From the NCBI GenBank assembly GCA_900548735.1, contig URMC01000002.1, positions 1 through 51,416 of the forward strand: a stretch of DNA of 51,416 bases, in the 5' to 3' direction. The notes under the pieces were generated by a model. The model did no database searches. It was not told where the DNA came from and saw nothing but the letters and a program-made list of their open reading frames with translations. Below are positions 38,336 to 45,370 of this stretch, piece by piece; position 1 is the first letter of the stretch; each line of letters starts with the position of its first letter. The stretch is from an uncultured Eubacteriales bacterium. Lineage in GTDB: Bacteria > Bacillota > Clostridia > Oscillospirales > CAG-272. The translations under genes were made by a program, and so were the position numbers.

Positions 38336-39289
38336 ATGGATTTGCGGAAATGTGCGGTCATCGGTTGCGGAAACGTGGGGGCGACCACGGCGTTCTCCCT
38401 GATGAAAAGCGGGCTTTTTTCGGAGATTGTGCTGATTGACATCAATCGTGAGCGGGCGCTGGGGGAGGCGGCGGATTTGAATCACGCAATGCCTTTTCTC
38501 TCCCCCGCGCGAATTTTTGCCGGAGACTACCGTGATCTCTCGGATGCGGGGTTAATCATTCTTGCCGCGGGCGCGGCGCAAAAGCCAGGGGAAACCCGCA
38601 TTGATCTGGTGCGCAAAAACACCTCAATCTTTGCACTGATCTTAGAGGAGGTCTGCCGCTACAACAGCGAGGCAATCCTGCTGGTAGTCACCAACCCGGT
38701 GGATATTCTCACCGAGGTCACGCGGCGGCTTTCCGCCTTCCCCGCGGAGCGCGTGATCGGCTCCGGCACCGTGCTGGACACGGCGCGCTTAAAATACAAC
38801 CTCGGCGCGAGGTTAGGGGTGGACTACCGACAGGTGCACGCGTTCATCATCGGCGAGCACGGGGACACGGAGTTGCCCGTATACAGCAGCGCCAACATTT
38901 CGGGCATTGATCTGGCGCATTTTTGCGGCAGAGGATGTGAGGAGTGCGGCGAGGTGGAATTGCAGGACATTTTTACCGAGGTGCGGGACGCCGCCTATCG
39001 GATCATTGCCGCCAAAGGGGCGACCTACTACGCCGTTGCGGAGGCAGTTTTACGCATTGTGACGGCGATTGTGCGGGATGAATCCGCCATTCTGCCGGTG
39101 TCGGTAGCGCTGAACGGAGAGTATGGGCAAAGCGGGCTTTGCCTCTCCGTACCCGCCGTCATCGGGCGCGGGGGCGTGAAAAAGGTATTGGAAATCCCCC
39201 TGTCGGAGGAGGAACGCACCCGCCTTGGCGACTCCGCCGCCAAAATGCGCGAGGTACTGGACACCCTGCCCCTACCGGTGCGGGTATAA
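38336..39289 (+). CDS. ldh: L-lactate dehydrogenase
   Basis: KCAVIGCGNVGATTAFSL NAD-binding, VTNPVDIL, IGEHGDTELPV (catalytic His) motifs; RBS aggagg. Confidence 0.95.
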   Translation: MDLRKCAVIGCGNVGATTAFSLMKSGLFSEIVLIDINRERALGEAADLNHAMPFLSPARIFAGDYRDLSDAGLIILAAGAAQKPGETRIDLVRKNTSIFALILEEVCRYNSEAILLVVTNPVDILTEVTRRLSAFPAERVIGSGTVLDTARLKYNLGARLGVDYRQVHAFIIGEHGDTELPVYSSANISGIDLAHFCGRGCEECGEVELQDIFTEVRDAAYRIIAAKGATYYAVAEAVLRIVTAIVRDESAILPVSVALNGEYGQSGLCLSVPAVIGRGGVKKVLEIPLSEEERTRLGDSAAKMREVLDTLPLPVRV

Positions 39290-39295
39290 GCACCA

Positions 39296-39720
39296 GGGGA
39301 AACTTTTTGCCGGGGGGGGCGGTTTTTTAAAAAGTGAGCCCCCGCGCCCCCCCAAAACATTTGGGCGGGGGGGGGGGGGTGCGGGTGAACCCGATTCCTC
39401 CGTGGGTGACGGCGCCACGCCGCCCCGGTTTGGCGAAAATCTAACACCGTAGGGGGGCATTCCATATGCCCCCGCTGTAAGGGATTTTATCACAACAAAT
39501 GGCGGCGGGAGCAATCTCCGCCCTACGGGTAGCAAAGTGGAAACTCCGAGCAACGGGAGGGGAGACCCCTCCCCTACGGAAACAGTGCATACACACCGTA
39601 GGGGCGACCATTGGTCGGCACCTGCGGTGCGGCTGACAGGCTGACACCTTACTTTGGGTACACACGCCCAAAGTAGCGCGTCGGCTGCGTCCCCCCTCGC
39701 GCCCCACCCAAACCAGGGCG
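39296..39720. repeat. Cluster of GC-rich hairpin (REP/MITE-like) modules with G8, C7 and G13 homopolymers
   Basis: Four CCGTAGGGG-plus-hairpin modules in alternating orientation (39448, 39529, 39579, 39597), hairpin tactttggg-N8-cccaaagta at 39650-39675, G13 at 39367-39379. Confidence 0.7.
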
Positions 39721-39753
39721 CCGCAGAATTCGTGCAGACCGAAAACGGAAAAT

Positions 39754-39782
39754 GAAACCCGGGCACGTTGTGCCCGGGTTTC
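39754..39782. terminator. Hairpin terminator downstream of the DAK2 gene
   Basis: gaaacccgggca-cgttg-tgcccgggtttc; T-rich flank on the minus strand. Confidence 0.6.
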
Positions 39783-39901
39783 TTCCTTAGATTCCGTCAA
39801 GAAAGCAGTATCTATGAAGTTTTTACAAACTCCCCTGTAACCCGCTCCCTAAAAACACCTATATTTCCGTTTTCGCTCTGCACGAATCATGCAAGCCCCA
39901 A

Positions 39902-41596
39902 TCACCCGCAGACTTCGGATGTCATGATGTAGGGGTAGACCTCCTGCCCGCCGTTGATGAAGTAAATTTCCATATCCGGGTACTTCTCGCGGCAGTATGC
40001 TTCCAGCGCGCCCGCCGCCTCGTCGGTCACGTCCTTGCCGTAGAATACCGTCAGCAGAAACGCATCCGGCGTGGTGAGGATATGATCCACCAGTTTGCGC
40101 GCCACGTCGTCCCGATCTTCGGAAAGCTCCAGCACTTCTTTACCCACAAAGCCCATATAATCGCCGTTGTGGATGTGCTTGCCGCCGATGTCGGCATCCC
40201 GTACTGCCAGCGACACGCTGGCGGTAATCACGGTCTGCATGGCGGTCTCAATGCACGAAAGAATCTCCTCCGGCGTTTCGGCGCAGTCGTCAATCGCGGC
40301 AATGCCCACGTATCCGGCACCCAGCGTTTTGGTCTCGATCACGAAAACCTTGGCGCGCTGATATTCCTCCGCCGCCTGCTTTGCCGCCATGATAATGTTG
40401 CCGTTGTTCGGGAACACGAAAATGTTTTCGGCGTTGATCTTGCGGAACGCATCCAAAAAGTCCTGCGTGGAAGGGTTGTTGGTCTGCCCGCCGGAAATGA
40501 CCTGATCCACGCCCAGCTCACGGAACGTGTTCATCAGCCCTTCCCCACTGCAAACCGCCACGGTGGCATACTTTTTGGCAGGCTCCTTGGATTTTTCCTC
40601 CTCCGGGATGGTTTCACTGTGCTGTACCGACATATTCTCGATCTTCACGGTGAGAAATTCCCCGAACTGACGGCAGAAACCGAGCGCTTTTTCCGGGGTC
40701 ATAGTGTGCACGTGCACTTTGACGATGCTCCCGTCTTTGAACGCCACAATGGAGTTGCCGATGGTGGAGAGATAGTCGGTCACGGTGCTGACGTCAAAAG
40801 CGGCAATGTCCGTTTTTTTGGTCTGCAACTGCAACAAGAATTCGGTGCAGTAGCCAAACTCCATCTCGCTGTTTTCGTTAAAACCGGAGGCGGCAACGGC
40901 GGCAGGCGCCGCGGCACTCTCGCCTACGGTGAGCGAAATGGCGGGCATCTCCTCCCCGCTGAGCACTTTGTTGAAACCGTTGATGATATACATCAGCCCC
41001 GCGCCGCCGCTATCCACCACTTTCGCCTCCTTGAGGGCGGCAAGCAGTTCCGGCGTGCGTTGCAGAGAATCCGACATTTCTTTGGCAAGGTCGGCAAACA
41101 GGCTGTTGACCGTGCTGTCGGGCGTGAGGCGCGAAACCGCGTATTCCACCGACTCCCGCGCAACGGTCAGAATCGTCCCCTCCGTGGGGGTCAGCACTGA
41201 GTCATAGGCTTTCTTTACGCCCAGTTCCAGTGCGTGCGCAATCGTTGCCGCGTCCGCCTTTTCGCAATGCTCAAAGCCCTTTGCCATCCCGCTGAAGAAC
41301 TGGGAAAGAATCACGCCGGAGTTGCCGCGCGCGCCCAGCAACATCCCGCGGGAAAGCGTGGACATTACGGTTTCCAGGTCGTTGGTTTTGATCTTGCTCA
41401 GCGCGGCGACGCCGTTTTCGATTGTCATGCGCATATTGTCGCCTGTGTCGCCGTCCGGCACCGGGAAAACGTTCAGGTTATTGACGGTATCCGCATTGGC
41501 GCGCAGTTCCGCCGCGCCTCCGGTCGCCATTTTGGCAAGCAGTGCCCCGTCAAGAACGGCGCTTTCTTCCACGGTTTCTTTTTTCTTTTCGTCCAT
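39902..41596 (-). CDS. DAK2-domain fusion protein (YloV family)
   Basis: N-terminal DhaL-like domain (VPDGDTGDNM, GARGNSGVILSQ) plus C-terminal DegV-like/YloV domain. ATG 41596 with RBS aaggag. Confidence 0.9.
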   Translation of the reverse strand: MDEKKKETVEESAVLDGALLAKMATGGAAELRANADTVNNLNVFPVPDGDTGDNMRMTIENGVAALSKIKTNDLETVMSTLSRGMLLGARGNSGVILSQFFSGMAKGFEHCEKADAATIAHALELGVKKAYDSVLTPTEGTILTVARESVEYAVSRLTPDSTVNSLFADLAKEMSDSLQRTPELLAALKEAKVVDSGGAGLMYIINGFNKVLSGEEMPAISLTVGESAAAPAAVAASGFNENSEMEFGYCTEFLLQLQTKKTDIAAFDVSTVTDYLSTIGNSIVAFKDGSIVKVHVHTMTPEKALGFCRQFGEFLTVKIENMSVQHSETIPEEEKSKEPAKKYATVAVCSGEGLMNTFRELGVDQVISGGQTNNPSTQDFLDAFRKINAENIFVFPNNGNIIMAAKQAAEEYQRAKVFVIETKTLGAGYVGIAAIDDCAETPEEILSCIETAMQTVITASVSLAVRDADIGGKHIHNGDYMGFVGKEVLELSEDRDDVARKLVDHILTTPDAFLLTVFYGKDVTDEAAGALEAYCREKYPDMEIYFINGGQEVYPYIMTSEVCG

Positions 41597-41621
41597 AGGA
41601 GTGCTCCTTTTTGGTTTTGTT

Positions 41622-42488
41622 TCAGCGTTCTTTGCCGACAAAGAAGATGGCAAGGGTGCCGGGGCCGGAATGAGAACCGACCACCGTACCGGTGTAAACT
41701 ACCAGGTCAATGCCCCGCCCGTATTTTTCCTGTAAGAATTTCTCCAGCGCGTCCACATCCGTCTGGCAGTCACCGTTGCAGACAAAGATCGTGCCGCCCG
41801 CCGCATCGTATGCCAGCTCCCCGACCTTTTCGGCAAGGGTGCGGATAGCGGTTTTTCTGCCGTGCACCTTGCTCACGTTGATCAGGTGCCCCTCGTTATC
41901 CACGTGCATCACGGGCTTGATCCCCAGCGCGTTGCCGAAAAACGCCGCCGCGCCGCTGATGCGCCCGCCGCGTTTGAGGTACACCAGGTCATCCACCGTA
42001 AACCAATGGCAGATATGCAGTTTAATCTGCTCGGCATATGCCGCCGCCTCGGTAATGGTGGCACCCTCCTCTTTCTTTTTGGCAACCAGATAAACCAGCA
42101 ACCCGAAGCCGGCGGAGGCGGCAAGCGTATCCACCGCGATGAAATTGCCCTCCGGATATTTTTCTTTCACCTGTGCCAGCGCCAGGCGCCCGGAGTTGTA
42201 GGTGGTGCTAAGACCGGAGGAGAAGCCGAGATACAGGATGTCGTTCCCCTTAGCCGCTTCCTCCTCAAATGCCGCCGCAAAGGTGGCAACGTTTACCGCC
42301 GCGGTTTTGGAAACCGCGCCGCCGCGCATCTTATCATAAAACTCGTGAAAAGGGAGAACTCCATCCTGATATTGCGTATCGGAGCCGACAAAGTTCAGCG
42401 TCAGGCAACAGCGCTTCACGCCCCACTCATTCAGTTTTTCCACCGGGATGTCGCAGGCGGAATCGGTAAAAATCACGTAATCGTTCAT
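41622..42488 (-). CDS. DegV-family fatty-acid-binding protein
   Basis: MNDYVIFTDSACDIP N-terminus, SSGLSTTY motif, 288 aa. Confidence 0.9.
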   Translation of the reverse strand: MNDYVIFTDSACDIPVEKLNEWGVKRCCLTLNFVGSDTQYQDGVLPFHEFYDKMRGGAVSKTAAVNVATFAAAFEEEAAKGNDILYLGFSSGLSTTYNSGRLALAQVKEKYPEGNFIAVDTLAASAGFGLLVYLVAKKKEEGATITEAAAYAEQIKLHICHWFTVDDLVYLKRGGRISGAAAFFGNALGIKPVMHVDNEGHLINVSKVHGRKTAIRTLAEKVGELAYDAAGGTIFVCNGDCQTDVDALEKFLQEKYGRGIDLVVYTGTVVGSHSGPGTLAIFFVGKER

Positions 42489-42523
42489 AATGCTTTATGC
42501 TCTCCTTTTATTTTTCATGTCGG

Positions 42524-42553
42524 TAGCCCGACAGGAATTCTCCTGTCAGGCTA
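42524..42553. repeat. TAGCCYGACAGG inverted-repeat element, copy A
   Basis: tagcccgacagg-aattct-cctgtcaggcta. The minus-strand TAG of the element is the marR stop codon. Confidence 0.8.
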
Positions 42554-43006
42554 TAGTTTCTTTTGCGCCGCGATTCTGCCAAGGTTATCGGCAATGCGGT
42601 CAAGCGACTCGTAAAAGCCCGAAAGCTCCGCTTCATCCAGCCCTTTCCCGGTTGCCTCCTGCACGCGCATGCCGATGCGGTAGATCTCGTTTGCGGCGGC
42701 TCTCCCCTTCTCGGTCAGCAGAATCCGCGCGTTGTAATGCGCGCCGGAATCCGCCGGGGCAAAATACACCATGTTCTCCCGGCTCAGCTTCTGAATCTCA
42801 CGGGAGACCAGCGACCGGTTGATGCCGTTTTTCTTGGCAATCTCACTGGCGGAAAGCCCCTCCGGATGATCCACCAGCGAATAAATCCAGAAAAGGTGCA
42901 CCCCTTTGACACCCAGCCGGACGGCTGCATCGGCTTCCAGCGCTTTGATACATTTATAAATAAAACTGATTTTATAATTGAAAAGACTGAATCTTTCCGA
43001 TCTCAT
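42551..43006 (-). CDS. MarR-family transcriptional regulator
   Basis: 151 aa; winged-helix core SASEIAKKNGINRSLVSREIQKLSRENMV; RBS aaaggag. Confidence 0.85.
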   Translation of the reverse strand: MRSERFSLFNYKISFIYKCIKALEADAAVRLGVKGVHLFWIYSLVDHPEGLSASEIAKKNGINRSLVSREIQKLSRENMVYFAPADSGAHYNARILLTEKGRAAANEIYRIGMRVQEATGKGLDEAELSGFYESLDRIADNLGRIAAQKKL

Positions 43007-43044
43007 CGGTGCTCCTTTCCTGATGTTTACTTGTCAACATATGG

Positions 43045-43073
43045 ATTATAGCACAGTTTTCCCCGCTTGTCAA
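43045..43073 (-). promoter_or_regulatory. Consensus sigma-A promoter for marR
   Basis: Minus strand TTGACA, 17 nt, TGcTATAAT. GTTGACAAG is repeated 36 bp downstream (43030-43038). Confidence 0.65.
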
Positions 43074-43122
43074 CCTTTTTTTCAAAAGCGCGCGGAAAAC
43101 AGCTCGTCAGATTTCGCGCTCT

Positions 43123-43164
43123 GCAAAAACAGCCCGCGCCGCTTTTGCGGCGCGGGCTGTTTTC
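43123..43164. terminator. Strong bidirectional terminator
   Basis: aaaacagcccgcgccgc-tttt-gcggcgcgggctgtttt. Confidence 0.75.
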
Positions 43165-43168
43165 AGGC

Positions 43169-43227
43169 TAGTCTGACAGGAAATATCCGAACCCGGTTCT
43201 CGCGGGCGGATACCTCCTGTCAGGCTA
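43169..43227. repeat. TAGYCTGACAGG element, copy B (long composite hairpin)
   Basis: tagtctgacagg (43169-43180) and cctgtcaggcta (43216-43227) flank nested tatccg/cggata and cccg/cggg pairs. The element supplies the TGA stop codon of the anti-sigma-like gene. Confidence 0.8.
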
Positions 43228-44572
43228 CCCATGGGGTATTGTGCTTTTCCTGTTGCTTTTCAAAATACTCCACATACCCGCTGATCTCAATCGCGGGAAC
43301 GTAGGTTTTGGCATATGTGGTATTGCCGTTTTCCGCAGGACCGATCTTCTTGTAAAACACGTAAAACGGCATTCCGACGGTGGACCGGTACTCTTTCCGA
43401 TCGGTCTGAAATACGTATTCCAGCCCCACAAAATCATAATTGTCAAAGCTGACCGGGCGTTGCTCTCTCATGCAGATCGGGCAGGAATGCCCGCCGAACA
43501 CATAGCCGCGAAGAAGCAGTGCTTCCGCTTCTTTGACGGAAATCCGGCGCACGCTGTCGGTGCGCAGGCATTCCTTCTCCGGTGCAGAGCGGTTTTCTTT
43601 ATACATGACCGATACGTTGGTCAGCACGGAATCACTGATTTTATCCCCGGGGGAGTGCCGGATATTCTGGAACGAAAGACCGATAAAATCCGAAACCGGG
43701 CGGGAAGAAACGGCATTCAGCGCGTGGGCGCTTTCCTCGTAAAAATATACCGTGATCCACTCCGCGCCGTATTTGCTGACCCCACCGTAGGATCTGCTGA
43801 TTTTTGCATCGGGGAAAGAAACACCGAATGTGCGATCAAGGATTTCCCGGACCCCTGCAAGCGAGGACAGAATTTCCGCGTCCGTCAGGCGCTGATCAAT
43901 CTGCACCGTGGTGCCGTCCAGAACCAGCAATTCCCCTTGCGATGCGCGCCAGCGGTCAAAGGAAACATATTGGGCATCCCCGCGCTGTGAAAGATCAATC
44001 AGATAATCGCGGTCTCTGGTGATCAGCTCAAAGCCCTTTCCGCTCAGCATATTCTCCACGATTTCATACTCCGGGACCTCAATCCCCAGCGTCGCCGCAA
44101 TGCCCGGCAGCAACCGTGCCGCAAACGCCTCAAAGCCCTCCCGGTCGTTCTCGCCCAGGTCCTGATAACAATAAATGCCCAGCTCCTCCGCTTCCGGCAC
44201 GGGGAAAAAGCCCAGCCGCCCCTCCGGCGCGTAAACCTTTTCGTAGCTGGTAGTTGAAGATCTCGTCACCGGAAACACCGCTGCCACCTGTTCTGCGGAA
44301 TAGTGCGCATTTCCCCACACCGGCAGCTCCGGCAACGGGGTCTCCGTCTGCCCCGGTACCGTTACGTCGGAGGGCTGCCCCCCACGGCGACTGAGAACCG
44401 GCACCAGCACCACCCCGATCAGCACGCAAAAGCACGCCGCAAGGGCACCCAAACGAATGAAAAGCGTTCTTTTTTGGCGGCGTTTGCCTGCCTTTTCGCT
44501 GTTCTGAACATATTCCTCCACCAAATCGGAGTCAATGTCATTCAGCCCGCGGTTCCATTCTTCCTTTTTCAT
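43220..44572 (-). CDS. Putative anti-sigma factor: short cytoplasmic N-terminus, one TM helix, ~385-aa extracytoplasmic domain of unknown fold
   Basis: ATGA overlap with the sigma gene; N-terminal LNDIDSDLVEEYV, basic stretch KRRQKR, then TM LFIRLGALAACFCVLIGVVLVPVL. Confidence 0.6.
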   Translation of the reverse strand: MKKEEWNRGLNDIDSDLVEEYVQNSEKAGKRRQKRTLFIRLGALAACFCVLIGVVLVPVLSRRGGQPSDVTVPGQTETPLPELPVWGNAHYSAEQVAAVFPVTRSSTTSYEKVYAPEGRLGFFPVPEAEELGIYCYQDLGENDREGFEAFAARLLPGIAATLGIEVPEYEIVENMLSGKGFELITRDRDYLIDLSQRGDAQYVSFDRWRASQGELLVLDGTTVQIDQRLTDAEILSSLAGVREILDRTFGVSFPDAKISRSYGGVSKYGAEWITVYFYEESAHALNAVSSRPVSDFIGLSFQNIRHSPGDKISDSVLTNVSVMYKENRSAPEKECLRTDSVRRISVKEAEALLLRGYVFGGHSCPICMREQRPVSFDNYDFVGLEYVFQTDRKEYRSTVGMPFYVFYKKIGPAENGNTTYAKTYVPAIEISGYVEYFEKQQEKHNTPWVA

Positions 44573-45168
44573 ATCGCGTAACCCTCCTTTTCCAATTTTT
44601 CCTTTAACCCGGCACGAATACGTGCAAGGGTTTTGTTGACGGTGGAACGGCTGAGAAAAAGCTCGCCCGCGATCCGATCCACCGTATTGACCGCATAATA
44701 ACGGCTCATAAAAATGTACCGATCCCTCTCCGGCAGGGCACGCAGATATTCGCTGACAAGGACCCCGAAATGATGCGCGTCAAACTCGTTGCCCAGCGGC
44801 TGATTCTCGGTGAGAATATCCTCCACCTCTGCCAGCGCCACCGTCATTTCGGAAGGTACATTGCCCTTTTTCTCCATGCTGTGATACCGGTTGACCGCGG
44901 TGCGGCGCATAATCGTGGTCAGAAACGCGCGCAGGCAGTCCGGTCTTGCCTGCGGCATCGCGTTCCACGCCCCGAGATAGGTGTCATTGAGGCATTCCTC
45001 ACAATCCAGCGTGTCATGCACAATGTGATATGCCACGGTCAGAAGGTAATTTTTATATTTGAGTTCGGTCAGGCGGATCGCGTTTTCATCCCGTTGCCAG
45101 TAAAGATCCACGATCCCGGCGTCGTCCGGCATTTGTCCGCTGTCATTGTGCTTCAAGGTTTCCATCAT
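44569..45168 (-). CDS. Sigma-70 family (ECF-like) RNA polymerase sigma factor
   Basis: Region 2-like DTLDCEECLNDTYLGAWN and region 4 HTH VDRIAGELFLSRSTVNKTLARIR; RBS gaggggag. Confidence 0.85.
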   Translation of the reverse strand: MMETLKHNDSGQMPDDAGIVDLYWQRDENAIRLTELKYKNYLLTVAYHIVHDTLDCEECLNDTYLGAWNAMPQARPDCLRAFLTTIMRRTAVNRYHSMEKKGNVPSEMTVALAEVEDILTENQPLGNEFDAHHFGVLVSEYLRALPERDRYIFMSRYYAVNTVDRIAGELFLSRSTVNKTLARIRAGLKEKLEKEGYAI

Positions 45169-45233
45169 TTGTCTCCCCTCGCATTAAGTGCCTTCCTTAT
45201 CAACAGTCAGGAAAAAAAGGAAAAGTGTGTAAT

Positions 45234-45267
45234 GCATAGCCTGTCAGGTTAGCCCGACAGGCTATGC
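45234..45267. repeat. TAGCCTGTCAGG element, copy C
   Basis: gcatagcctgtc-aggttagccc-gacaggctatgc, perfect 12-bp arms, between the LRR lipoprotein gene and the sigma gene. Confidence 0.8.
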
Positions 45268-45370
45268 ACAGTATACCATATCCCGGAGGAAAAATCAATT
45301 CCGCGGCGCCAAAAAAGGGCGGCTTATGCCGCCCTTTCGGGGGTGCCGGAAGCGATGGCTTCCGGTTTTG

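Noticed and set aside
39367-39379. G13 tract as a phase-variation switch for a gene
   Set aside because: It is not within a coding region or between the -35 and -10 elements of any recognisable promoter, and it lies between two convergent gene ends. It is kept only as a slippage or assembly caveat.
39028-39800. ORFs 39028-39465, 39272-39766 and 39441-39800 in the ldh-DAK2 intergenic region
   Set aside because: They traverse homopolymer tracts and hairpin modules, with Pro/Gly/Arg-rich translations and no RBS.
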